Source: a virus
Virus record (IMG/VR): IMGVR_UViG_3300020447_000001
Location: 52,383-116,382 of that record
Direction: 5' to 3' (one strand)
Length of the DNA stretch: 64,000 bases
Made by a program: the position numbers and the translations under genes. Positions 8,905 to 17,829 of this stretch are shown here, one piece after another; position 1 is the first letter of the stretch, and each line of letters opens with the position of its first letter. The notes beneath the pieces were generated by a model. The model was given only the letters and a program-made list of their open reading frames with translations, was not told where the DNA came from and made no database searches.

Positions 8905-11158
8905 GAGTCTCCATCAGTTAACGTGGCCGGTGATTGCCCCTTCATTGGGGTTGCCACAAACAAATCCGGTATTTCCAGTACAGACGTTGTGCCCTCTGTG
9001 TGAGGGAGCATTGTCCATATATAAGGATAACAAAAGTGGCGAAGAATGGGCATACTGTTTGGATTGCCAGTGGTCTTCCTCCGCGCTGCAATTAGCTGCA
9101 CATCTTTGGAACGTCCCTCTTTCAGTAGCAGTCGAACGTCTCGCAGAGTTACATAATACTAGCGTAACTGAGAGCGAGATTCAAACCTATATCAAACGAT
9201 GTGTCTTAACCCACGAAAAAGCAAATAAGCTGTGGAATAAGGCACAAAATAATATAAGTCGTCCTAGCCCAGGGTTGTCTAAATTGAGAACGCACTTTGG
9301 GCTGAACATTGGTCAGCTGAGCATCTCTCGTATTGTAGACGGGCCTGCCCGCTTGTTTGGCATTATACACGTCGCCGATGTAAAACGTTTATGGGTATAC
9401 GGGGGGAAGAATCGAGCCTATCGAAAGGCAGAGTTTTTCAAAGGCAAAGGGTGGGAAGATGTGCTGGTAATTCCGTACTTTAAGGCTCCCGGAAACGTGG
9501 CCAGTATTTTATTTGTAGGTAGAGAAGGCAAAGAAACCAGCGATCAAATTTTTCAGACTTACGCTAGGCGAGGAAGAAGTAGTAACTCAAGTAATGCGTC
9601 TTCTGGTTTTGCGGGACTGCATTCAGTTATTGATTATGATTGTGGTCACGTCATATTAACGAGCGACGTGTTAGCTAATTTCCGTATACAGACACGACAT
9701 TTTTTAACTAGTGTAACTCCATTACCATTGGTTTCTTGGTACGACGATCCTGGTGGCGTTTATGCGTCTAACTGGGGTCTTTTTAGCGGTAAACGTTTAG
9801 TGTTCTGGGAGTGGGAACCAAAAGCTAGTGTGTTGTATCAGTGCATGACAACAAACGCAGATTTGGTTATCAACGTTGGCCCTAAGAAATATGACGTACG
9901 AAACATTAGTCATTGGGTGCGGAATCAAAAATCTATGTTGGACATAGAGCGACAAGTTGTACGAGAGGCGAAACCATGGAAAAAAGCATTACGAAACTGG
10001 ATTCGAACTAGAGACGCAACGGAAGGACGAATTTCAACTTTATTGTTAGAATGTAACAATCTAAGCTCCAAGCTTGCGGAAGAAGTCCGCTCTGCAATTG
10101 GGTGGGAACGTACACAAGCTAAACATTACACACGTTCTGTTACGATAAATAGCAATACATATACTGATCGTGGTGGAGTGTGGTATCAAAACAGTACGGA
10201 AAAACCGTTATTTGACGGTAACATTCGTGTAGACCGTGTGATCGTTCGAGACGGTTGTTTACCGGAGTATGTGGGAGAAATATTTATACAGGATTCCGCA
10301 ATGCCGTTTCGTGTGAAAGGGCGTACACGAGCTAAGCTAAATAAAGCTATCTGGGATGTTATTGAATCCTCCGGCTATTTTTCAGAAAGAAAAGCCCCTT
10401 GTGGTGTGGGGCTTATTCAATTGGCGTTGGCTTTTTATAAGCCTGACATCTGGAAAGGCAAAGACATACTTGGGTGGGACGGAACTGGCTTTCAGTTACA
10501 AAACTGTAAAATTGTTCGTGGCAAATACGAGAAGACTCCGCCAGAGTTATTTTCACATCAATTTGAGGGTCCAGCCGGTAGTTCCTACAGATGGCGTGCT
10601 GAAGTAGTAAGTTCATTACTTCAAGCTACGTCCCTAGAGTCAACATGGGCGTGGTCTATAGTGTTCGGGTGTATCAACCAGATTTTGTCCCCTGTGGCTC
10701 AACATCCTGTGTCAAAACTCGTGTTTGAGTACGATGAATATCATAATACAGCTTTTACACGTATCTTGCGTTTGTTGGGTGTTCCAACTACCACAGAATT
10801 TTGGAAGCACAATTGGCCTGCTATATCAATAGAAAAGCCGACCCGACACCAAAAATTTAAAGCTGTTACTGTATCGTCACAAGACGAGATAATAAAAGGC
10901 AGAGGTATCTATCTAATTAAAGCGCCTTCTGCCCACGAATTGCGACCTGTAAATATTCCTACAGCGTTTAGAACTGTGATTCCAAACTTTTTAGCGTGGT
11001 TTACGCTACAGGACTTTGCTACTTGCTTTAACGAGCAAAGTTCGTGGGAAAAGCAGACGTTGAGTCTTGTGCAGAAATGGGCCACAGAGAGAGAAATTAA
11101 AAAGCTATTTCCTGTGTTTCAAGCGGCAATACAACTCACTCGTCCTCCCAATCATTAA
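8903..11158 (+). CDS. large protein with N-terminal primase-type Zn finger
   Basis: CPLC...YCLDC followed by SALQLAAHLW...AVERL (CHC2-like); ATG at 8903 preferred over the TTG at 8792, which lies inside the opposite gene. Confidence 0.6.
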   Translation: MSLHQLTWPVIAPSLGLPQTNPVFPVQTLCPLCEGALSIYKDNKSGEEWAYCLDCQWSSSALQLAAHLWNVPLSVAVERLAELHNTSVTESEIQTYIKRCVLTHEKANKLWNKAQNNISRPSPGLSKLRTHFGLNIGQLSISRIVDGPARLFGIIHVADVKRLWVYGGKNRAYRKAEFFKGKGWEDVLVIPYFKAPGNVASILFVGREGKETSDQIFQTYARRGRSSNSSNASSGFAGLHSVIDYDCGHVILTSDVLANFRIQTRHFLTSVTPLPLVSWYDDPGGVYASNWGLFSGKRLVFWEWEPKASVLYQCMTTNADLVINVGPKKYDVRNISHWVRNQKSMLDIERQVVREAKPWKKALRNWIRTRDATEGRISTLLLECNNLSSKLAEEVRSAIGWERTQAKHYTRSVTINSNTYTDRGGVWYQNSTEKPLFDGNIRVDRVIVRDGCLPEYVGEIFIQDSAMPFRVKGRTRAKLNKAIWDVIESSGYFSERKAPCGVGLIQLALAFYKPDIWKGKDILGWDGTGFQLQNCKIVRGKYEKTPPELFSHQFEGPAGSSYRWRAEVVSSLLQATSLESTWAWSIVFGCINQILSPVAQHPVSKLVFEYDEYHNTAFTRILRLLGVPTTTEFWKHNWPAISIEKPTRHQKFKAVTVSSQDEIIKGRGIYLIKAPSAHELRPVNIPTAFRTVIPNFLAWFTLQDFATCFNEQSSWEKQTLSLVQKWATEREIKKLFPVFQAAIQLTRPPNH

Positions 11159-13097
11159 CAGTTATTGGTTGGACTGCCTGCTTTACTTCATCTCCCATTG
11201 ATACATTTTCATACTCAGCCAGATTAGGCCATTGTCCTGACATGTGGCAAAGCATCATAGTACCCATATTGACTGCCTGTGCAAAATCATCAGGACCAGC
11301 TGGGTCTCTAAGAATTTGATACCGATCTCTGCCAAATCCTGTTTCTGACTTATCTTCAATGAGATAAAGAAAATCATGTAGCAATCCAGGCTCACCAGAA
11401 CTTATATAATCGTAAGTAAAGAACCTGAGAACACCAGATTTAATAAATTGACAGGTGTAACTAAGACTTCGAGCTTTCTCCATATTAAAGTGTTCACGAG
11501 GATGGAGCGAGGTTGCAGGCTTAAACTGAAGAACATTGCCTTTTGCAGGTCCCGTATATGCAATCGGTATGATATTAGCCAGCGGCAACCCTGCGTGATT
11601 CATCACGGTTTCTCGAATCGAACCGGCTCCTGTGTAATCGTGAACGAGATGACTGCACTGGAAGTGGTTCATAACCCCTAAAATCATTCGAGCTTCTCTT
11701 ACATGATCGTGGGGGTGCAGGCTGCGATATCCGTACAAAACATCAATTTTCCCCTCTGGTCCCATCCCTAGTACCGCAATAGCGGTATAAGACTGATACT
11801 CCATAACTGATTTACCGCCTTTTACGCCCCCTCCGCCCCAGTCTACAGAAACAACCTTATAGCTGTATTCATTTATGTGCGCCTTAGCTTCGTCTATGTC
11901 TCGTTTCCACGGAAGACAAGCCGCTTTTCTAATATCGGTTACGCTGACAAGTTTGCTACCAGAATCGTATGATTCCCCACAAACTTCGTTCATAAATACA
12001 TTAATAGGTGTATTGCCTTTACCCTGTTGTTTGCCTACCAGTATTTCCCATTTTTCAGGGTCGGCATAATGCATTGGCATAATGATTTGTGGTACGTGAT
12101 AACCTGCGGAGGTCCAGCGTCTGTCTTTTATACGATGTACCCAACGACCTGTTCCTCCTTGGTAAGCAGGGCGTGGGTTGACTGGCTTTCTGCATTTTGC
12201 ACATACAACACCCGGACATTTTTCTGAGATGTCTGCGTGGTAAGGGCCAATCATAGCTACGAGATCGTACTCTAATGCTGGGATGTTCCAGTGGGCACAA
12301 TGTGGACATTTAATCATCCACTCAGCCATAGAGGAATCTTGCCATAAAACTTGTATCGTGTTGTCATTTGTCTTGGGCGTTCCAGCATATTGAATCAGTC
12401 CCCACTCTTGAGAAGCAGATATTGTTTCATGAATCACAGGCAAAAAAGATATGTCCATATCCTGAACTTCATCAATTACATTTTTGTCCGCTGAGATGCC
12501 GCGAGTACGTTCGGCATCTTGGTAGGCAAAACTAAAAAGCATTTGAGATCTATTTTTAAACGAACGCTGTAAAACTGAATTAATAGTACTAGTACCCATG
12601 AAAAGATCGACTACGGGAGATGTTTCGATAAATGGGCGAACGTAGTTCTGACTAAAACGACGAATCATTTCAAAAAGAGGAGTAATATACAATGTGCTGA
12701 AATAAGGAATACAATTGCTGAACAAAACACCTTGCGCAGCTAAAGACGTAGATTTAGAAACTTGTCGCCCTGTTTTTAACAGCGTTCGACGGGGCATTCG
12801 TGTACGAAAAAACGGAGCAAATGGAAAATGATCGTGAAGATGATAAGGCTTTCCACGAATTTCAAGCAGTAAAGGTAATAGCGGTTTCAGGGTAAGATAT
12901 CCGCTCTTATTTAGAACGTGGGAAGCGGTTTTTAATCGTTTCGTAATTTGGTCGTCTCCAACAGACCACCTGACACCTTCCCCTAGGGAAGATCGTAGTA
13001 GGTTTTCAAAGTCAACTCCTTGGTCAGCCTCGACTTGGTCTAACGTTTCCTCGGATTTTTCGAGGGCAGTTAATGTTGGGTTTGTTTGAGTATTCAT
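11136..13097 (-). CDS. terL: terminase large subunit (lambda gpA-type)
   Basis: KTGRQVSKST Walker A, IDEVQD Walker B, GTPK coupling motif, CPHC/CAKC Zn finger, VDWGGG and DDFAQA nuclease motifs. Confidence 0.9.
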   Translation of the reverse strand: MNTQTNPTLTALEKSEETLDQVEADQGVDFENLLRSSLGEGVRWSVGDDQITKRLKTASHVLNKSGYLTLKPLLPLLLEIRGKPYHLHDHFPFAPFFRTRMPRRTLLKTGRQVSKSTSLAAQGVLFSNCIPYFSTLYITPLFEMIRRFSQNYVRPFIETSPVVDLFMGTSTINSVLQRSFKNRSQMLFSFAYQDAERTRGISADKNVIDEVQDMDISFLPVIHETISASQEWGLIQYAGTPKTNDNTIQVLWQDSSMAEWMIKCPHCAHWNIPALEYDLVAMIGPYHADISEKCPGVVCAKCRKPVNPRPAYQGGTGRWVHRIKDRRWTSAGYHVPQIIMPMHYADPEKWEILVGKQQGKGNTPINVFMNEVCGESYDSGSKLVSVTDIRKAACLPWKRDIDEAKAHINEYSYKVVSVDWGGGGVKGGKSVMEYQSYTAIAVLGMGPEGKIDVLYGYRSLHPHDHVREARMILGVMNHFQCSHLVHDYTGAGSIRETVMNHAGLPLANIIPIAYTGPAKGNVLQFKPATSLHPREHFNMEKARSLSYTCQFIKSGVLRFFTYDYISSGEPGLLHDFLYLIEDKSETGFGRDRYQILRDPAGPDDFAQAVNMGTMMLCHMSGQWPNLAEYENVSMGDEVKQAVQPITVNDWEDE

Positions 13098-13111
13098 AGA
13101 AGGGAGGTATT

Positions 13112-13141
13112 TTGACTACAATGTGAGATTGCGGGTAAACT
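13112..13141 (+). promoter_or_regulatory. possible sigma70-type promoter
   Basis: TTGACT-N18-TAAACT in the divergent intergenic region; a TATAAT also occurs at 13173. Confidence 0.35.
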
Positions 13142-13208
13142 TTAATTGTATGGCATGTATCGTAATACACGCTATAATTTTTTCACTATAGACAGGAGTA
13201 TTTTCACT

Positions 13209-13421
13209 ATGCCAAGTCGTAACCCGTGGGGGTATCAAAAGAGAAAGCGGCTCAGACATACAAATTTGTTTGGTGAAGTTCCAGGGTTTGATACTGGCGA
13301 GTTTTTGGTGCGTAAGTATCCGTTGGGATTGACTATTGACAAGTTAATGGCGTCTGAGGGGCAAGGAGACGCTCCAAATAGAGCCGCAATGGTTCAGTGG
13401 CGTACTCCTGAGGGAACGTAA
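13209..13421 (+). CDS. hypothetical protein
   Basis: AGGAG RBS then ATG at 13209. Confidence 0.55.
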   Translation: MPSRNPWGYQKRKRLRHTNLFGEVPGFDTGEFLVRKYPLGLTIDKLMASEGQGDAPNRAAMVQWRTPEGT

Positions 13422-13429
13422 AATGCTTT

Positions 13430-13585
13430 ATGGGGAAATCTACTGGGGTACTAGTCGCAGGGGCAACTTTGTTTTTAGCTTTGGGTGCCGCTTGTGCGTT
13501 CATAGTAAGCGGTGAATGGATGATACCCGCTTGTGGTATTGGCGGTTGGCTTATAGGAATAATGCTGATTCGTTCTCTAGGATAG
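13430..13585 (+). CDS. small two-TM membrane protein (51 aa, not in ORF track)
   Basis: MGKSTGVLVAGATLFLALGAACAFIVSGEWMIPACGIGGWLIGIMLIRSLG fills the gap between genes. Confidence 0.55.
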   Translation: MGKSTGVLVAGATLFLALGAACAFIVSGEWMIPACGIGGWLIGIMLIRSLG

Positions 13586-13591
13586 ATAATT

Positions 13592-13954
13592 ATGTTATTT
13601 GACGTGTTTATTGCGGCTCTAGCCACATGGCAAATTATTGAAATTTGGCATCACAGTTTACTGTTTGCTGGAGCCAGAGCACGTGTGGAACTCTGGGAGA
13701 ACAAGCTAGGGGAATTATTAGTATGTCCCTTTTGCTTGTCTCCCTGGGTAGCCGCTTTGTCTGTAATAGTACTACTTGTTCCAGCGTGGTTACAATTATC
13801 TGGGTGGTACATACTAACCACACATATAGTATGGTATGCTTTTGCAGTTTCTCGGTTAGCTAATATATGCAACGACATAACACGCAAGATGTCGCGAACG
13901 CCGAAACCGTTCGACGGCATTTTAGATTCTTTTGACACTGACGTGAAGGAGTAA
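13592..13954 (+). CDS. DUF1360-like membrane protein
   Basis: LGELLVCPFCLSPWVA motif with hydrophobic helices. Confidence 0.65.
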   Translation: MLFDVFIAALATWQIIEIWHHSLLFAGARARVELWENKLGELLVCPFCLSPWVAALSVIVLLVPAWLQLSGWYILTTHIVWYAFAVSRLANICNDITRKMSRTPKPFDGILDSFDTDVKE

Positions 13955-13956
13955 AC

Positions 13957-14391
13957 GTGGCCGATACCGATACACCATCAGTTGAACTAGCTTCTAATGC
14001 TAAGCAACCTGGAGTTATGTTTGATAGTCAACTTGTTGAACTATTTCACCCGACAATCGACAAAGCCTTCATGGAGCATTCAGATGTTCTTCGCTCTGTG
14101 CTAGTGTCTTTTGATTATTACGGGTCGTTAAATGACGCGCCTGACTTGAATAAAGCTATATGGCTTGGACCGCAGGGCGCACAACAAGAACCGGCAGGTA
14201 TTATAGGGTCTATAGGCGCTACACTCCAGGCGGTAGCTCATATGATTGATCGGGCATTTCTACTAAGAAACGCAATTCGCGAAGACCTAGAAGAAACTAT
14301 ACAAGCCCTCCACGAAAGGAAAGCAGAACTTGAGCAAGTCAAAAAAGAACTTGAAGAACGAGGAGGAGTCTCTGGAGGAGCTTCTGAGTAG
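13957..14391 (+). CDS. hypothetical protein with C-terminal coiled coil
   Basis: 144-aa ORF; GGAG RBS. Confidence 0.6.
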   Translation: MADTDTPSVELASNAKQPGVMFDSQLVELFHPTIDKAFMEHSDVLRSVLVSFDYYGSLNDAPDLNKAIWLGPQGAQQEPAGIIGSIGATLQAVAHMIDRAFLLRNAIREDLEETIQALHERKAELEQVKKELEERGGVSGGASE

Positions 14392-14911
14392 GTTAAATAT
14401 TCAACCGGATGAATGGGATCTTTTAATAATAGGAGACGGTTCTGGCTCTAATTGGACTCGTGAAAGTGGGTGGGCCTCTGTTTCAATTGAACGTGCTACG
14501 TTAGAAAGGCGTGTATGGCTAGGGGCCATGAACCGAGGAACGGTTAATTTTGCGGAGATGATGGCTTATCTACAGCCCCTTAATTGGTATGCTTCTGCTG
14601 AGCTTACTAAACGTAAAAAATCTGGTAACGTCCGTTTCAGAAAAGTTCACATTGTTACCGACTCAAAATACTGCAAGGAACAGGGCAGTAGAAAATTATT
14701 TACTTCTAAGAAAAATTCTGTGCTGTGGAAAATATTCGATGGCTTTCAAAGACACGGTATTTTGCTGCATTGGCACTGGATACCGCGAGACACAGTTAGT
14801 TTGAATGTATACGCGGATAAAGTGAGTAAAGCTGCACGTAAATCCTTAGCGGGGGTTCAAACAAACTTAAACCCAGGTAATTTGACAGGTCCCTACCAAT
14901 TTAACCCCTAG
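14330..14911 (+). CDS. rnhA: ribonuclease H-like protein
   Basis: IIGDGSGS, TVNFAEM, IVTDSKY, WHWIPR...NVYADK catalytic pattern. Confidence 0.8.
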   Translation: MSKSKKNLKNEEESLEELLSRLNIQPDEWDLLIIGDGSGSNWTRESGWASVSIERATLERRVWLGAMNRGTVNFAEMMAYLQPLNWYASAELTKRKKSGNVRFRKVHIVTDSKYCKEQGSRKLFTSKKNSVLWKIFDGFQRHGILLHWHWIPRDTVSLNVYADKVSKAARKSLAGVQTNLNPGNLTGPYQFNP

Positions 14912-15146
14912 TAACATTATTTAATACGCAGAGTCTGTGGCAAATAAAAGTATAAGGTTATTCCTGTTACACACGGAACGTGCTATAAATTAGCAACGTG
15001 GTACGAAGGACCGCATTTTCGCTAAATAATATAACTGAGGAGGCTTGACATGAAATTTTAACCAGTAAATATAGAGGCATAACGGAGTGGAGTTTTAACA
15101 CGGACGGTGGGTTAGTTATCGTAGTTCAGCTACTAAGGACTTTTTA

Positions 15147-15554
15147 ATGGTAAACACAAGTATTTCAACACTAACGAAGGCAGAAGACGTATCGAAGGGC
15201 AACAAAGCTACTAAGGTTGTTCAATTGCGTATGGATAACCCGACTATGACTAATGTCAACGTAGCTAAAACAGTTGGTTGTTCTCAAACTTACTCAAGCA
15301 AGATCTGGAGTGATTACATGAAAGCAAAAGGCAACGCAACGAAGACACAGAGTAAAACAAAGAGTGCGGCCCCAGCTAAGGCAAAGAAAAGAATTACAGC
15401 GGCTAGGAAAGCCACAACGACGGCTCCTTCGGCAACTACGCACAGTGCAGAGCAAATTCTAACTGCATATGATGACATGAAGTGTCTTGTTAATCGTGTT
15501 GGCCCATGTGCTGCAACACATCTTCTAAAGAGAGCTGAGAAGGAATTGAGCTAA
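15147..15554 (+). CDS. putative DNA-binding protein (HTH-like N-terminus, Lys/Ala/Thr-rich linker)
   Basis: NPTMTNVNVAKTVGCSQTYSSKI resembles an HTH; flanked by a TTGACA-containing region and a terminator. Confidence 0.5.
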   Translation: MVNTSISTLTKAEDVSKGNKATKVVQLRMDNPTMTNVNVAKTVGCSQTYSSKIWSDYMKAKGNATKTQSKTKSAAPAKAKKRITAARKATTTAPSATTHSAEQILTAYDDMKCLVNRVGPCAATHLLKRAEKELS

Positions 15555-15576
15555 CGGTAATTAATGTATTGCGTTC

Positions 15577-15620
15577 ATTCTCGTCGTCCTCGTCATTGAA
15601 CGTGGGCGGCGAGAATTTTT
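15577..15620 (+). terminator. intrinsic terminator
   Basis: 13-bp stem ATTCTCGTCGTCC/GGGCGGCGAGAAT with two G-U pairs, then a T run. Confidence 0.7.
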
Positions 15621-15637
15621 AATTGGTGGTGTCAGCA

Positions 15638-16174
15638 ATGAAACTAGGCGGCTTAGAAATACTCAAACGAGTGCGGGACGGTTCAATAGTTATTGATCCG
15701 TTTGACGAATCTCAGCTTAACCCTAATTCCTACGACCTAAGACTAGCGGATACGTTAGTGACTTATGCCCACGATGACATGCCGCTGGACATGGCAAAAG
15801 AACACGACAGTTTTCAAGTTAAGATACCCACGGAGGGTGCCCTGCTACGCCCCGGAGAAATATACCTAGGATCAACTGTAGAGTACACAGAGACAGCGGA
15901 TTTGATTCCAGGCATCGAAGGGCGTAGTAGTGTAGGACGGCTAGGAATCAACATTCACGCAACAGCAGGTTTCGGAGATGTTGGCTTTAAAGGAACATGG
16001 ACGTTAGAATTAAGCGTCGTACGACCGGTTAGAATCTACGCTGGCGTACGTATTTGCCAGATCTATTACGAGCCTCTTATGGGTGATTTTACGCCTTACG
16101 AATCAGACAAGTATCAAGGGCAAACATTACCTAGACCTAGCGGCCTATGGAAAGAAGCAGAGGAGTGGACCTGA
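15638..16174 (+). CDS. dcd: dCTP deaminase
   Basis: QLNPNSYDLRL, EGRSSVGRLG, TAGFGDVGFKGTWTLE, RICQI, KYQGQ. Confidence 0.95.
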   Translation: MKLGGLEILKRVRDGSIVIDPFDESQLNPNSYDLRLADTLVTYAHDDMPLDMAKEHDSFQVKIPTEGALLRPGEIYLGSTVEYTETADLIPGIEGRSSVGRLGINIHATAGFGDVGFKGTWTLELSVVRPVRIYAGVRICQIYYEPLMGDFTPYESDKYQGQTLPRPSGLWKEAEEWT

Positions 16175-16175
16175 C

Positions 16176-16517
16176 ATGCACGAATATTTCTGCACCCTCG
16201 ACCAGAGCAAGTACGAAATGGGAGCCGTAGACGGAGACACAGTAGATGTCATGGTCGACCTAGGGTTTCATACCTTCCAGAAGCTACGTATACGACTTCT
16301 ATTGGTAGATACCCCAGAAAGAGGCGAAGAAGATTTCCATGAAGCTACACAGGTATTTCGTGACCTTCTGAAGCAAGCGACCGAGGGCGACCCTCGATTG
16401 TACCTACGGACACAGAAACGAGGGAAGTACGGTAGATGGCTAGGTGAGTTTATTAGTTTGGATCGCACCTTAAATATTAACGAGGTGTTAGAAGAACGAT
16501 GGCCATATGTTAAATAG
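16176..16517 (+). CDS. thermonuclease (SNase)-like protein
   Basis: VDGDTVDV.VDLGF, RIRLLLVDTPE, KYGRWLG. Confidence 0.8.
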   Translation: MHEYFCTLDQSKYEMGAVDGDTVDVMVDLGFHTFQKLRIRLLLVDTPERGEEDFHEATQVFRDLLKQATEGDPRLYLRTQKRGKYGRWLGEFISLDRTLNINEVLEERWPYVK

Positions 16518-16527
16518 TACTATTTAA
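16510..16527. promoter_or_regulatory. 18-bp perfect palindrome TTAAATAGTACTATTTAA (recurring motif)
   Basis: Same core recurs at 21651, 22476, 29480 and 47897. Confidence 0.75.
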
Positions 16528-16545
16528 ACCACGTTAGTTAGAAGT

Positions 16546-16574
16546 AAATACCCTGCTTATTGCGGGGTATTTTT
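16546..16574 (+). terminator. intrinsic terminator
   Basis: AAATACCCTGC-ttatt-GCGGGGTATTT followed by T. Confidence 0.7.
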
Positions 16575-16587
16575 ATAGGAGGATTAA

Positions 16588-16827
16588 ATGGCAGATTTAA
16601 AAGAATATGAGGTGGTGTGGACGCAATGCCCAACGGCATACAATCGCCCCAGAGTATTATTTATTGAAGCACAAAACAAAGAAGACGCAAGAGTTTTAGC
16701 TAAAGACCACATAAAGAGAAGCTTTGGAATTGGGCAGAGTGTTATTGATAAAATTACAGAAACCAAAGAGATGCCTGAGGGAGGTGTTGTTGGTTCAAAG
16801 TATGGGGATCATCATGTAAGGAGATAG
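16588..16827 (+). CDS. small hypothetical protein (IEAxNxEDA motif)
   Basis: AGGAGG RBS; 79 aa. Confidence 0.65.
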   Translation: MADLKEYEVVWTQCPTAYNRPRVLFIEAQNKEDARVLAKDHIKRSFGIGQSVIDKITETKEMPEGGVVGSKYGDHHVRR

Positions 16828-16829
16828 TT

Positions 16830-17060
16830 ATGGGTAGACCCATTTGCGTCAACTGTAAACAAGAGTATCAATGTAAGAAGAATGAGCAGGTCGTTAACGA
16901 CAAAGCGGCAGGAGTATTCCCCGCTACGTTTTGGATGGGAGATTTATGGGAATGCACTAACTGTAGTCATCAAATTGTCACAGGACGTGGTAAAAGCCTG
17001 GGGTTAACACCCTTTGAAGTGGAAAGCCTAGGAGGCTCTATTGAATTTGGACATTGTTAA
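16830..17060 (+). CDS. small Zn-ribbon protein
   Basis: CVNC...WECTNC. Confidence 0.6.
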   Translation: MGRPICVNCKQEYQCKKNEQVVNDKAAGVFPATFWMGDLWECTNCSHQIVTGRGKSLGLTPFEVESLGGSIEFGHC

Positions 17061-17081
17061 AACAAAAAAGGAGCTTAAATC

Positions 17082-17348
17082 ATGAGTCACGATCCAACTG
17101 AAACTATTCGTAGAAGTGAAGTTAATAGAATTAATACAGCAGTAGAAAGTTCAGACGAGGATGCTGAACGCGCAAGACTTGAAGCAGAATACGGACAAGT
17201 ATGGGATACGAAACAACTTCAAGAAGATTTTGCGGTAACTAGCTTTGGAGCCCCATACGTGGTTGTAACACGTAAAACAGATAGTGTTGTTGGTTCACTG
17301 GAATTTCAACACAGTCCACGTTATTATTTTAACTTCACGGAAAATTAG
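17082..17348 (+). CDS. hypothetical phage protein
   Basis: AGGAG RBS; 88 aa. Confidence 0.65.
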   Translation: MSHDPTETIRRSEVNRINTAVESSDEDAERARLEAEYGQVWDTKQLQEDFAVTSFGAPYVVVTRKTDSVVGSLEFQHSPRYYFNFTEN

Positions 17349-17378
17349 ATAAAGTAACCATATAGAAAGGATTCGAAA

Positions 17379-17741
17379 ATGGTACAGCGATTTGGGCCTA
17401 GTAAACGCAGGACACGGAAACCACCGGAAAACGAATGGCTCCAGTTTATGTCGACGAGTGAAAAAGAGACTCTAAGGCAAAAAGAATGGTTAGATACATC
17501 TCTAGCGGATACTGGTTTACCGGTTCGTGTGGTAAATTGCCTGGAGGAGGCCGGAATTCTTACTGTGGAGGACTTGACGAAACAAACCGCAGATGCGTTA
17601 CTACGTATTACCAATTTTGGCGAGCAAACATTGGGACAATGTACTCGCCTGCTGGCAAAACTTAATCTTCCGCATTGCTTGCAGGAAGAGGCACATGAAG
17701 ACCCCGGTAGGTGTATTAACCTTAAGTCTCCTTCCAGGTGA
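17379..17741 (+). CDS. stand-alone RNA polymerase alpha subunit C-terminal domain protein
   Basis: LADTGLPVRVVNCLEEAGILTVEDL...LLRITNFGEQTL matches the alpha-CTD HhH consensus. Confidence 0.85.
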   Translation: MVQRFGPSKRRTRKPPENEWLQFMSTSEKETLRQKEWLDTSLADTGLPVRVVNCLEEAGILTVEDLTKQTADALLRITNFGEQTLGQCTRLLAKLNLPHCLQEEAHEDPGRCINLKSPSR

Positions 17742-17753
17742 CCTACCGGGGTC
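17700..17753. other. 13-bp perfect stem-loop overlapping the end of the alpha-CTD gene
   Basis: GACCCCGGTAGGT-N28-ACCTACCGGGGTC. Confidence 0.65.
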
Positions 17754-17779
17754 GCTTTAAATCAATTCAATTACTTCGT

Positions 17780-17809
17780 AGCCTGGAGTCGATACTCCGG
17801 GCTTTTTTT
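17780..17809 (+). terminator. terminator-like hairpin upstream of the RAMP gene
   Basis: AGCCTGGAGT-cgat-ACTCCGGGCT followed by a T run. Confidence 0.7.
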
Positions 17810-17829
17810 ATGCGCAAAGGAAAAACAAC

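Noticed and set aside
15045-15075. Sigma70 promoter at TTGACA 15045
   Set aside because: No acceptable -10 at 16-18 bp spacing (TAAATA lies at 15 bp).
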